64,000 nucleotides of DNA from the human T2T-CHM13v2.0 reference genome, Homo sapiens, in the NCBI RefSeq assembly GCF_009914755.1, contig NC_060930.1; one strand, given 5' to 3'. Under the pieces are notes generated by a model that worked only from the letters and a program-made list of their open reading frames with translations, searched no databases and was not told where the DNA came from. Each line of letters begins with the position of its first letter. The stretch's first letter is position 1. Made by a program: the position numbers and the translations under genes. Of this stretch, positions 28,012-41,595 are shown one piece after another.

Positions 28012-28158
28012 AGTATTTAGTTATGCAACTTCAGTGTTGGGTAGATGGATCTACCACAGGTAATCATTAGCCCCCAGATTCAGAAGGGTTCTCCAGTAAG
28101 TAGAAAGTTTCAAGGACTGACAAATCTTAATTCAGTAGTTCAGTAAATATGGAATTTT

Positions 28159-28319
28159 CAGTAGTTTTCCAACTTGGCTGCATGTTGGAATCAACTTGGG
28201 TATTGAAAAAAAAAAAAAAAAGCTCATGCCTGGATCTTACCCACGGAATTCTCATTTAACTAGTCAGTTTTATAAGCTACCCAGATCAGTCCAATCTGCA
28301 GTGAAGTTTGAGACTACTG
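28159..28319. mobile_element. MER5-family MITE with an internal poly(A)
   Basis: cagtagttttccaacttggctgcatgttggaatcaacttggg...gtttgagactactg, with cagtag/ctactg TIRs. Confidence 0.75.
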
Positions 28320-28642
28320 CATCAGAAAGTGGTGGTTCACTGACCTTTATCCACTAAAAGCCTATGGGAGATAGCAAAGGAAACAATTTTTGACAGAAAA
28401 GAACATAAAGGGAAATAAAATTTTTAAATATGTCAAACTTTATTCTAGGTTTAAATCACATTTTTGAGATTTTCTGTCTAGGAAGACGTTCTTAAAGAAT
28501 CTTCCTAAATAATGACTGAGTAGCACAGATATTTCAGAGAGACTGCAGGTCAGAATAGAGAATCTTTATTCACATTATATTTAAGGATATCAACATTTTG
28601 AAGCATCAAATTAAAGCATGCCCTCTGTACTTTAAATCATTC

Positions 28643-29123
28643 TGCCTTGGTCACTTTGTGTTGCTGTAAAGGAATACCTTAGGCTGGGTAATTTATAAAG
28701 AAAAGAGGTCTATTTGGCTCATAATTCTGATGGCCAGAATGTTCAGAATTAAGTATTTACATCCGGTGAGGGCCACAGGCTGCTTCCACTCATGGCAGAA
28801 GGTGAAGGGGATTCTGGTTGTTTAAAAGAGCCTAGCACCTCCCACCTCTCTCCTCCTTTCTTTCTGGCCAGTGTGTGCAGAGATCACATGGCCAGAGAGG
28901 AAGCAAGAGAGAGGTGAGAGGTGCTAGCGTCTTTTAAAAAACCAACTCTCGGATGATTCATAAGAATGAGAACACACTCACCAGCTCCCCCCAGGAAGGG
29001 CATTAATCTATTCGTGACAAATCTATCCCCATGACCCAAAGACCCCCCATTAGGCTCCACCTACAACATTAGGGATCAGATTTCAACATGAGGTTTGGAA
29101 GGACAAACATCCAAACTATAGCA
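28643..29123 (-). mobile_element. MSTB-type MaLR LTR containing an inverted 56-bp insertion
   Basis: gttgctgtaaaggaataccttaggctgggtaatttataaagaaaagagg...tttcaacatgaggtttggaaggacaaacatccaaactatagca. Confidence 0.9.
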
Positions 29124-29339
29124 CTTCCCTACTTCATTTTTCTTCGCTTTTTCCCTTCTTTCTTTGTTCTCGTTTTTAATCTCCTGATTGCCTCTACCTT
29201 TAGCATCTGATAACCTCCTTCTACCATCAAAAAATGCTTTCATTTAGAGTCTTCTGTATTTAATTAATGCACTTTTAAATATTTACTGAGCAACTGTTTT
29301 GGGGGTCACAGCATTTTCATAGTTATGCGATGATTTCTT

Positions 29340-29660
29340 CAAATTGTTCAAAAATGTTTATTGCATTCCTACTATCTTCCTCGCACTATTCTAGGTACAT
29401 CACGGAGCAAAACATCCAAAAATCTTGCCATTGAAGGAGCTTAATTCTAGTGGAGCAAGGAATAAACAATAAGCAATATGTAAGACAGTAGATAGTGTTC
29501 TAGAAAATAGAGACTATGATAAGTGCTATAAAAAGAGAAAGCAGAATAGAGTAAGGGAAATTGATAGTGCAGGGCTAGGGAATGAGAATTTTACAAAGAG
29601 AAGGCAACATTTCCATCGAAACTTGAAAGAGATGAGGTTATTTGAGGGTAGAACATATCA
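29340..29660 (-). mobile_element. L2 LINE fragment
   Basis: tgtttattgcattcctactat...cactattctaggt...ggagcttaattctagtgg...gataagtgctat. Confidence 0.6.
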
Positions 29661-31680
29661 ATTAGTATGTTTCATGAAATACTAGACAATAACATTTTTA
29701 AAAGATTTTGTGTTATTTTTTTTCAGTTAAAAGAAGAAAAAAAGCAACGCTTTCTCCTAAATCGAGACTGCTCTACTTTCATCCTTCAGCCTGTTTCATG
29801 TTAATAGGTGTTTTTAGTTAATTAATTTCTTCCTTAGGATATTCATGTTTGTTCATGAAGATTGTAAAATCACAAAGTTCATGTGATTATTGTTATGTTA
29901 TTAGGGAATTATCTCTCTGCAGACATTTACATTTGCCTCTCACTAAACACATTTGTGTTCCTCAGCATTCCAAGGTTGTGTGTGGATATGTCTGCATGTG
30001 TATTTTAGTCACACAACCTGCTGTGTATCTTAATGAGACCTGTACCATAACCAATTAGACACCTGCAGTAGAATCACACTGTGCTCCCAAATACTCATTT
30101 TCTCTGCTCGTCAAAGAGTTCAAACTGAGTCACCTTCACTTCAAGTCTATGCAGCTTTTTACTAAAATCTCAAAGTTGCATGGGGGCTTTACTCCTTTGC
30201 TCAAACCAATTTTTGTGAATGTTGGGTACGTAAAAACATCTTCAAAGTAAACATTTAGTAATTAATCAATGCCATAAATGTGTAATGAGTCTGTTCTGCA
30301 AGGGACATCTTGTTAGCTTTTGAGGGCATATAGGATACTATTTGAATTGGAGTAACTTTCTGTATACTCTAAAGAACAGCTGCCACCCTCAGTTCTAGAT
30401 ATGTCTTGGGAGGCTTATCGTGATTAGATTTTCACATTATATTTTCTTGGTAATTATATCTTAAAGCCCTTAAGTTCAAATGAAATTCGAACAAGTCACA
30501 GGTGATGCAACTAAATTATTGGTCATGAGCGTATATGTCACATCCGAAATAAATCTTGTTATATCCTCGGAAATTAGAAGTGGTCCTTCAGGGAGTCACT
30601 CCAAAACTGAAGAGGGAGCAATATTATAAAACCATTGTTAGGGCAGAAGAATAGTTTAATTTATAGTTCTTTTTTATTTGATACAATAACTGATGAGCTC
30701 TAAATCTCTCATACACAAAAATCTGATCTTTTTTCCCTGCACCAATTTAACTTTTACTTCCCAGATTTGCCCTCAAAGTACTCCACACAGCAGCTTCCAT
30801 AATAATGCCCTCCACCTCCATCAATGTGCTAATCAGTTTCCTTACTCAGGCTTTAAGGGAGACACAGACCCTTCGAGGCAAGGCAGACAGGAAGAATAGC
30901 AAGGCCTCTACTCTGCTCCTCCTCCTTCTTTTCAGTCCTATCCTTTGCCTCCTAGAGAGCCCCTAGTTGTCTTGTAATATTCACCAAAATAAGTTATAAC
31001 CGTAAACTTCTATGTTAAATTTTTTTCTGCAGAAGAAAATAATCATATTACAATTGATTCTGAGTTTTTAAAATGTTAATATGACTAATTTTAAAGCAAA
31101 ATGTTGATTGATATACAAATAAATGTTAAATTCAGATGGTTTTATTTTCTGTTATATTTCCAAGAACGTGCTAATTCCAATATTTACTATCTTCCATTAA
31201 TTTATATTACATAAAGCTTTCTAGGAGATGTAAGTAACATTTGATTTGAAGTAATTTAAACCTTCATGTTACATTGACTACACTTTTGCATTGTCAAGTA
31301 TTTTAATGGAGAAATATTGAAATAAATATACTCAAAATTTATCAACATTTATTTTAGGATTTCAATGAATGTGATTTAAAATACATATGTTGAATTTTTA
31401 TTTCTTTCAAAAATTTTTATTGTACCATGAAAGCTAAGATTTTTTAAAAAAAGGAAGAATTTATTTTATTATGCCATTACATTCATTACACTATCTGTAA
31501 AAGCATGCGAAAATTCTCTCTGCACATTTTGTTGAGCTAGCCATATTTATATAATTGGCAATATATAAAAGTTCATAAAGCCCACAGATCATTACAGTAG
31601 TAATCAGTGCTGATTCTAGTTAAAAAAAAAAAAAAAAGATAGAAAAGGAAAGCAAAAGAAAAAAAGAGGCATAGTACAAG

Positions 31681-32050
31681 TGTATTAGACCATTTTTGCA
31701 TTGCTATAGAGAAATACCTGAGACTGGGTAATTTATTTTAAAAAGATGTTTAATTGGCTTAGGGTTCTGTAGGCTTTACAGGCAGCATTGTGCTGGCATC
31801 TGCTTGACTTCTAGGGAGACCTCCAGAGGCTTACAAGGTGAAGCAGGAGGAATCAAAAGAGAGAGTGAGGAGGTGCCACACACTTGTACATAACCAGATC
31901 TCCTGAGAACTCACTCACCATTGCAAAGATAGTACCAAGCCATGATAGGTCTACCCCCATGACTCAAACACTTCCCACTAGTCCCCTCCAGCATTGGGGA
32001 TTACAATTTAACATGAGATTTGGGCAGAGACACATATCCAAACTCTATCA
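31681..32050 (-). mobile_element. MSTA-type MaLR solo LTR
   Basis: TG...CA termini (tgtattagacc...aactctatca) and a perfect 5-bp TSD acaag at 31676-31680 and 32051-32055. Confidence 0.92.
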
Positions 32051-33209
32051 ACAAGTTACAACACAAATGAGATTAAGATTATCCCCATTAGTGTTCTGCA
32101 TATGTACTTCTTTCTGCCACTGATCGTTTTGACTATATTCACATGAGCAAGAGGAACAAATTGAAGGGATTTTGAAAGATATCATTTGACTTAATCGATG
32201 TAATGACATATACATTTTTGTGATCTTAAGTACTTTAGAATATGTGAGGTACTTTATAGAGCACCATTCACTCCACAAACATTTAGGAATTCCTAAAATA
32301 CAGTGATTCTTTCTGGAATAAGAAGTACAAGAACCAGGATGGACTTGCCTGATGAGAGCAGCTCATCAAGGCAGATGTGGACAGATAATTGGCTGACAGT
32401 CAAGTTGGGAAATAGAGCAGAGTGAGTGAAGTTAGATCACTACTTGTGAGATCAGTTAGAAAAAATCAGGAAACTCGTTCCATTTCTTGTTCAAAATTAG
32501 CTCAAGATGGGGCAAAGATTGAACAAAACAGGAATATGAGAGAAGGGGAACCTGACCAAAAAACAGTCATGAACAAGAACCAAAAGAAGTGTAAGAGTTG
32601 TTATAATATTTTTGGTGGATAAACTAAGAAGCACACTGGCTGGATGGTCTCTCAGTAAGGTGTAGTTCCAGGCTGACCATCAATGAGGATTGACCATGAA
32701 TTGACAGAAATTAATGGAATTTCACACTGGAGTTAGAATTCCAAGACAATGAAAATAGCACACAAGAATTACACTACTGGAGAGGATTTGTGAAATTTGT
32801 GTGTGTACAAGCTATGAGTTAAAATCTTATATTCGAGATATAGAAATTATAACCTTACTTTCTACAGCACATTTAGAACAAGGTTACTGTAGCTAAGCAA
32901 CTCAAAATTTCCAAGTGAGCGTAATCATCCCTACAGATTTTGAAAGCTTAATGCAAGTTTCCAGAGTCTGAATTAAATTAAGGATGGCTACAATGTTGAA
33001 GAATTAATAAATACCTATTCAGAAGAAGATGAATTCCATATTCACAAATGGAATGTTTAAGAATTTTAAAATTTAAGCAGCAGATTTGAACATTGGCAAT
33101 TCTATTTTAAAAAATAAAAAACATGTAAGAACAGATCTATAATACACTTTAATCTTAATACTTGCATGTCTTACTACTTAGACCATCAAAAGAGACGAAA
33201 TTATATGTA

Positions 33210-33430
33210 AAATATCGTGAGCTTTTATTATGTGCCCAGTACCGTAATAGACTCTTTACAGTCATGATCTCAATTAATCTATACAGCACCTCTATTGGGG
33301 TAACTACTGCTATCCATTTTAGAGATAAGAAACCTAAGGCAAACATGCTCGAGCAAGGTCACAGACAAGTAAGTTTCAAGGCACAGATGCAAGCCTGTCT
33401 GCCTCTGGGGTCCAGGCCTTTAACTACCAC
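33210..33430 (-). mobile_element. MIR SINE
   Basis: gagcttttattatgtgcccagtac...tccattttagagataagaaacctaaggc...caaggtcacagacaagtaagt. Confidence 0.75.
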
Positions 33431-34239
33431 ATTCAGCTGTTGAGGCGGACAGATAAACAGAAAGGCCAATACGAAAAGGAATCTTCCCTATGTACTCTCA
33501 AAGTGTGGAATTTAGCTTCCAGGAAGAAATGGGAAAAAAAAGAAAAGAAAAAGAGAGAGACCATAAAGCAAGCTAAACCCCTTCTTACTTTTGTTTGTTT
33601 TTTCTCAGTGATGCGTGTGATCCTGTTAACATCATACTTGATTTAAATGTTTTGTTTTACTGTTATATGTAATGAAAGATAAACTTCTTCCCATTGGCTA
33701 TCATGAGACCCCCAGAAGCTGCTGCACAAGAGAATATTCTTATTAAGAATTTTGAGTAGGCTATTAATAATTTCTAGTAATTATAAAATTGTTTAACATT
33801 TATAACATTGAGGAATTTATTTCAAAACTGCAATATTATTATCAACATTAACGACTAGTTTCACGGTCATTTTTAAAAGATGACAGTGGAGAGCAAGACC
33901 TAAAATGTATTTGCCAGCTTTAAGAAGGCACATAAGAAAAGGAAACATGCCAAAGAATACAGAGATTCGAATGAGTAAAACTGTATTTTAGGCTCTGGCA
34001 CTAGTTTTGTGGGCTTGCTAAATCACTTTACCCTCTGAATTCTTATTCATTATTTACATAAATGGAAATCCCTATGTGCTACAAATTTCTGTGACTCGAT
34101 TATCATATTTCAACCCAGAGGAAACTAGAAATTACATAGTCTGAGCAATGACTATATATGCCCTTTGTTGGCATGACCTGAATTAAATCACTTCAAACTC
34201 TCAGGAGAAGATAAAAGGGTTTTTTAAATCCAGATCTTA

Positions 34240-34750
34240 AATATTCAACTTCTAATTGTTCATTGCTAGTATATAGAAAAGCAATAGATATTTTTATATT
34301 GAACTTGTAATCTGGGTCCTTGCTAAACTAATTTATTATTTCTAGTAGCTTTTTTGTTGTTGTTGGCAGACCCTGTGGGATTTTCCTTGTAAACAAATCA
34401 TGAAGTCTGCAAATAGAGTTTTATTTCCCCTTTTCCAATTTGTATGCTTTTTTGTTGTTGTTGCCTCATTGCACTGGCTAGGACCTAGTACAATGTCAAG
34501 CAGGAGTAGTGAGAGAAGACATCCTCGCCTTGTTCCCATCACTGTTCCCCGTCTTACAAGAGAAGCATTCATCGTTTTACCATTAGTATGATGTTGACTG
34601 TAGGTGTTTTCTATACATCTTTTATTAAGTTAAAGAAGTTTCTTTTTTATTCCTAGTTTATGGCAAATTGCTTTTATGAAGAGATGTGAATTTTGTCAAA
34701 TGCTTTTTCAACACTAATTGAGAAGATCATATGATTTTTCTTCTTTAGTC
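34240..34750 (-). mobile_element. L1M ORF2 fragment
   Basis: ttgttcattgctagtatatagaaa...gtctgcaaatagag...ttgcactggctaggacct...gagagaagacatcctcgccttgttcc is antisense RT-region text. The reverse ORF remnant TRRGCLLSLLLLDIVL resembles the L1 GTRQGCPLSPLLFNIVL motif. Confidence 0.9.
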
Positions 34751-35587
34751 ATCATATTTTAATTATTCATGTGCATTCATTTATTTAAATGTTCCTGTGT
34801 CATCTAGCCTTGTATTTCTCACAGTGTCTGAAATACAGTATATAATTAGTAAATATCTTTTCAGGGACAAATACGTGAATGCTGGATACTGTGCTAGGTG
34901 CTCTACTGTTAGAATTTTCTATGTTTTATGCTTTATTTCTCTTCTCTATAAGTACAATTTTCATTTCTGCAATATACTTTAGGTTGCAAGAATAATCGAT
35001 TCTTTTCATGCGTAATTGATGGTATGAGTTTACTCTTATAACCCTGAAATCAAGAACAGGTAAAATATTTGGGGCATGTGCTCTATTACTCCCTTGATGT
35101 GTTCAGTTGTAATGAGTGAATTATGGACACAGTATATCTGTAATACTAAAAACTCCATACAGATAAAACACCCTTTCTCAGCAAATAAATTTTTTAGATA
35201 TGTCTGTTTATGTCTCGGTGCATGGATATATATTTTCCTATCCTTAAAATCATTTCCACCCTCTTTAATGATCCATCTTATGCTTAGTTTCCTAATCACT
35301 AATAGAAAATGAAAATGTATCTTGCTTAGTGAACCATCCTCAGTACTAACCCTACCGGGTATTTGAACTGCTTCTTGGCCTTCTACTCTCTGTATTTCCC
35401 CCTCTGTCTTACAATTCACTTGCTTGTGATGGTTTTATCTGGAATAATGGATTGTTTTGTAGAATTGCTATAATCTATTAAATAAAATTTTCTGGACCAG
35501 GGTTCGGCACATAAAGCCACTAACATATATCTGTAAAGTTATATTCTATTCTCTGATAAGAATGATGCTATGTTCATGTAAAACTGC

Positions 35588-35664
35588 TTTCATATAATAT
35601 AGAATATGTTACTATTCAGCATGTATTTCATATAATATAGAATATATTACCACTCAATCATGTA
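35588..35664. repeat. ~38-bp tandem duplication
   Basis: tttcatataatatagaatatgttactattcagcatgta / tttcatataatatagaatatattaccactcaatcatgta. Confidence 0.9.
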
Positions 35665-36191
35665 CACACTCTTCGTTATACACATCATGATATTTGGTGT
35701 AATTCTTATAGGACTCCTTATAGGAGAATTTGGTGAAATTATAGTGGTGAGCATTCCTTCACGAGTAGATGTATCAATAATTAGTTTTAGATGAGGCTGT
35801 GTATGAAATAAATATAAAATGCCTCAGTGAATGGATGTTGCCATTGAGCTTATTCTCCAGCTGGGTACTGTGATTTTCTTGTCAGCTTATTGTGTCACCC
35901 ACTTACGTGACAGAAAACCTGTGGTTTCCTCTTATTTGCTATTGCAAATAGAAAACTAGGAAGACACAAACTGTCCACAGATTTTATCTTATATATGAGT
36001 TTGCATTTCCATAGGACTCTAGAGTTGATCCACGTTCCAAGTTTTCTTTTAGTCCATCACTTTAAAATAGATGCTTCCACTTAAATCAAGATGGAAAATC
36101 TATATTGATAAAACCCTATGTTACATTTCAGGGGAGAAAGGGTATATATGTTTTATGAGGTTTTTTTGTAGGTTAAGAAAAAAAGATCTTT

Positions 36192-36516
<325 letters not shown>

Positions 36517-37849
36517 CTATCTAACTATTCATTTCCCGAATCCTCTTATTTGTTAAGATAGCCAGCTTCTATACCATGAGTTCAGAATTATGTTCATATG
36601 TTTTACCTGCCTCATCAAAATGAATGGAATTTGTCCTTCCATATTGTCTGGTATACGAGGATGTTTATCACTATACTCCTTTGTTCTCATTCCTTAGGCC
36701 ATGATTTTTCGGCAAATTATCCTTGGGAGGAGCCATGTTGAGTGTGGCTATACTTATCAGAATTTTCTGTGTAAGATGCCATTTTCGCACTTTTCCCCAA
36801 GGATTCACCGAGAAAAATCAAAAGTGAATCACAATGGAAAGTTAGGAGAGAAATGAAATAAATATCACAGACACAATGGCATCTTATCACTTTATCAATG
36901 AAAATTACTTATGGTGAGTTAGATCTTGGCAAAATTAAAAACTTTAATAAAACTTTATCATTTTGACGTATGAAAGGGAGACTACCAAAGGGATATATGT
37001 AGAGAGGGGAAACTATGCTCTGTCCTCTCTTCATGAAGCCTGGCCAACTAACAAAGACCCAGAAAGCTAAAGGAGAGGAGGAGAAGGAACAATGCTCCTA
37101 AGGTTTTAAGCATGGACTATGGAGACCTTCTTATCTCAATCAGAAGGTCTTCAAAGAAGACACAAATCTTCATTTATTACCTATATTTAAAATATCCTAT
37201 TTTAATATACCTATAGTATTGTATGCCAGAAACAATACTCTGGTTACTACCAATGGATTAGTTTCTCAGCTTCAGAACACATCAGTAGGGGATAAGTGAG
37301 TGAATAGAACTCTATTGAAAGTCTAAGAATGGCATGCTTTGATTAGAATGTCCTGGAAATGACTACCAATTTAAAAGAGCTTAGTATTTCCACTAAGAAA
37401 TTACTACTTTTTCAGATGTTGTATGTGGAAGAACTGAGTCTGTCTTGACAATGTTGTATTGATCTGGATGAAACAAGATCAACAGGCATTAGTTACTCAG
37501 TGACTAGGCTATTAAAAAATAAATTTGAAATTATTTTTCTGGCAAACAAACACAAATTTATAAGAAATGCACAAATTTGTTTATATGTTATAGTATGTTT
37601 ATTGTTCATTTGCAAATAAAAATAGTCCTTTCCTCATCTTGCAAATTTATTTATCAAGTGCTATCATTATATAGTTGCTAACTATTACTAAATATGCTGA
37701 ATATATAGTTGCTAAATATTAACCTTATGTAATTCATTTACTATACCTTCAGTTTGCTTAGCATATCAAACTTTATTGTTATTTTAACAAAAATAATGAG
37801 AATAGTAACATGTTCATAGTCTTTTTATTTAATTTTTACCATCCATACT

Positions 37850-38045
37850 TGTTTCTAGCTACTAATATATGTTTTCCAAATATTTTCACATGCATTGTTG
37901 CATTTGCACTCCAGAAAACCCTTAAGAAAAAAGTAGGGCATATGTTGTTAGCCCCTTGTCTGATGAATAAATTTAGATGATAAAAATTCAAGGAAATATC
38001 CCAAACTGACAGAGCCAGCTGGTGACAAAAGTAGACTCCTGTTTC
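37850..38045 (-). mobile_element. MIR SINE fragment
   Basis: ttttcacatgcattgttgcatttgcactcc...tgatgaataaatttag...cccaaactgacagagccagctggtgaca. Confidence 0.55.
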
Positions 38046-40934
38046 AATTTTTTGAATTTGCATGTGCTTGTCAAACTCGCTAACTTCTAACATATCCCTT
38101 TTATCAAGATAGTTCTCTGTGCTTTTGAATCAATATGCTTTTTTCACATAAAACTGATTACCATAGGCAATTTTGACATTATTACAAGTGGTCTGTAGGT
38201 GTAAGATGTAAAGGAACTAGATATACCTTCCGTATATGTAGATGTCAGATAAAATCCCCACGGAAACAAGATGGCACTGCTGAACACCCGTACAGCCAGG
38301 GAAGATTCCTCAGCATGGAATGCACAATTTTCTACACTGGGAAGATAAGAACTGCAGTAAAGCGATACAATTGGTTTCTGAAGAAAAAAGCCAAGCTTCT
38401 TTTTAGCTCTGTGGGTGTCTTTTGTAGCTCAGTGAACCGTTGACAGAAACTGAGACAATAGCTTAGGGAGAGATAGGAAAAAAGATTTGAAGGGAGTATA
38501 TTAATATGAAAGGTCACCAACGAGACCTGTGCACTGTATGTGTGTCTCTCTTTGGACTTAGAATTGTTTTTTCCAAATTCAGTTTTTAATTATAACTGTC
38601 TATCTTATATAGGCAGCGGGAGTTTAACCTTTTTTTTTCTTAGATGATGTAAAAGCAATACCAAATGAGGTATTGATAAAATTTGTATCTATTATTAACG
38701 GTAGAAAAGTTTTATGAGTGCAGTACTTGCGATTTTCATGTAACGTAATGAAGACAGCAAGACTAGAATCTAGCTAGAATGTGAAATTAGCTCTTTATAT
38801 AACTTTTAATTTAATGATTCTAACAAATTCATAAGTCATAATAACTTAGTAAGGGGCAGAAGCAATGATGGAAAAAAACTTATATGGGACAGGACGTTTT
38901 ACTTTACATTATCCCATTTTATAAACAATGGATTATGGTATTATCCCCTGTCATAATAATGTATAAATAGAGATTAATTTTAATTTCTTCACAACAATGT
39001 AGAGTTATAGAATGAATATAATTCAGAATTGTATTATTGTTGTTTTGTTTTATACTATTAAATTACATATGTAGAAAAGACAGGATTAAGAGTGAGGGCT
39101 TTAGAAAGCACCACATTATTGGAAGTGTTCTGAGAATGAAAAAATGTTAAGGACGTAGAATCTGTGATTCCAAACCTGAGAAGCCTTTTAAAAAAGACAT
39201 ATTGAGAAGATAAAATAAGCAAACAGAAAATGGCCTTAAGAAAACTTACCAAGCTTCATATCAGCAAGTGCATATCAACATAGCACAAAATAAATTCCAG
39301 CATGTTTACAGCGTGCAGAGATACAGTAGTTAAAAAATGTATATTGATGATGAGATGGATCAGGCTTACCTGAGAGGTAAATTTCAATTCAAATTTTGAG
39401 GAGGGCAATGCATATGAAGTAGAATATGCAATGGGAATCTTCTAGATAGAAGAAATGATCATATATATAAAGGTGCAAAAGCAAGACATGGCAAGCAATA
39501 TGAATGAGATCAACAAAAGAAGCTGGAATAGAGGAGTGGTTCTAAGAAAGAGGTAGAGGTACAGAAGGCAAGTGCATTTAGCAGGGCAGGAGGTGGGGAG
39601 AATAGCAGCTGGCCACATATAGGATGGATAAGGAGTTTGGAGTTAATGTGGTAGGCAAGAAGAAGCACTTAAAAAGCCTTCCACATAGCAACTACATGGG
39701 TTAAATATATCTTACAGGTTAAAAAATGTACTGGGTAAATTGAAGCCCACATGAGGTTATTTCTTTCTGCCAAATGAAAATGGTGAATGCTTCCAGGTCT
39801 TCCACATGTTAATTGCTACTGGGGTATAAGAGGGCCAACCCCCACCCTCAGATAGAAAGATATGTATCTCAGAGACAATCATCCTGAAAAAAAGATAATA
39901 GAACTTAATCATGGGTTATCTCTCATGGACTCAGAGAAAAGAGAACTGTAAAGAAAGAAAATGAATCCATAATTTTTGAGCCCAGGGAACCAGGAGGAAG
40001 CTGCAAGTGAAAATGACCAGAAATTATAACTCTCTTAACTAGTGAGTTTTTATTGAGCACCATCTTGTAAAAGGCATAGTCCCAAATCCCAAACATTATT
40101 TATGAGTCAAAGAAATGTCGAAGCTAGTGTTATTTTTTTTACATCACTATCAGGGCAGTGGGAGTAGTGGGGTAGTGTATGTGATGAGTTTATATGTTAA
40201 TATATGGTAATAAACTGCCAATACAAGAGCCAAAAAGATCTATCTCCAGGACCAGCTTTCTGGTCTGAATCATTTTTTTTCCTTATTAGCCTCAGCTATT
40301 GTAGGAATAGGTTTTGTGTACTTTGTGTCTTAAGTACCACAGTACTTAACTACTATGTTACCTAGAAACCTGGAAACCAACACCATACCATACCTTCTTA
40401 TTGAAAAAGTACCCAACTCAGAGTGATCCACTATATAACCCCCACTGTGATGTAATTAGAGCAAAGAGGCAAATCAATGCAAGTCTTGTGTTTACAAAAT
40501 CACTGGATGCATAGTCAATATGGTGCCTATGGAATAAGGGAATAACAAGCCACAAAGATATATATACTCCGTAACTTGGATTATTGTTCCTTTGTGCTTA
40601 CTCTGGCAAAACACCACATAACATTTAAGAATGTCAGGAAAAATATTATTTCACCCCCTGCCATTACGTTTTTATTTTAAGCCCTGTTCAAAACAACTGC
40701 TCTGAAATAACTGAAGTGTTACTAGTTCTACTTTCCAAAACACACTATACTTTTTCTGAACATCTCTAAATAATAAATATTTCTGAACGTGTATCATTAA
40801 TATTAGAATTTGTTCTTGACTTTAGTCTCATGTTACACACTTTCTTATTGTGGGGGTCAAAGTGATGAATTCTGCATTCATCTGCTCTGTGAAAAACTTG
40901 GTAAGATCAAATTATTCATTTATGCATAAATTTT

Positions 40935-41595
40935 GCTAATGGTTGAGCACCTACAATAACTCACATAATATAGAGTCATGTGCTTATATGGGAGAGACAA
41001 CCAAGTAAGCAACATGATAAAGCATGATAAATGTTAGACTGAGGTGAATAGAGAGCTATTGGGACACTTGGATGCAAATCTCCTGGTCTGAGTCAGTGGA
41101 AATTTGCAGAGTCGGTGGAAATTTGCCTGTGTGACCCAAATTTGGGTCATACAGGATAAGTGGAGGTTGCATAGGTGAAGGGAGTTGAAAAGGCATTCTA
41201 GAAAGAGAGAAGAGCATGTGCAAATATAAGAAGTCTAGTTAGATAACTTCACAATTACTTTGGTATACTTGGCACCTAGAACATAAGGCAGAGAGTGGCA
41301 AATAATGAAGTTGGAGGACTCAGGAACCAGCAGATGATTAATACCTTGCATTCCATACAAAGGAGTTGAAACTCTATCTGAAGGTCCTTGGTGATATGAT
41401 TAGCTCTGTGCTGTGGAAGATCAGCAGCAATGTGAGATTCACTTGGAGGCAATAAAGCCTGGAGTAGTGGGATCCATTTAAGAGGCTATTAAGGCAACCT
41501 AGAGAGAGATGCTGGTCGCAAACTAAGGGAGTACCAATGGGATTGAAACAGAAAGATGTATTCAAAAGCTGTAAGAAATGAGAATCAAAGGAATC
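40935..41595 (-). mobile_element. L2 LINE fragment
   Basis: ggttgagcacctac...tgggagagacaa...aggcattctagaaagagaagagcatgtgcaaa...taagaggctattaaggcaacctagagagagatg. Confidence 0.7.

Noticed and set aside
34342-34572. ORF with an L1 RT-like motif
   Set aside because: It is a decayed, frameshifted L1 ORF2 remnant of about 500 bp and cannot encode an active enzyme.
39370-39441. Minus-strand 72-nt exon-like segment (tttcttctatctAG...cag|GTAAGC)
   Set aside because: It is isolated, lies in probable L2-derived sequence, and encodes no recognisable peptide. Such splice-site pairs arise by chance at this scale.
40863-40931. 7-bp hairpin gatgaat/attcatc and 14-bp palindrome atttatgcataaat
   Set aside because: Short AT-rich palindromes of this size are expected by chance in 64 kb.
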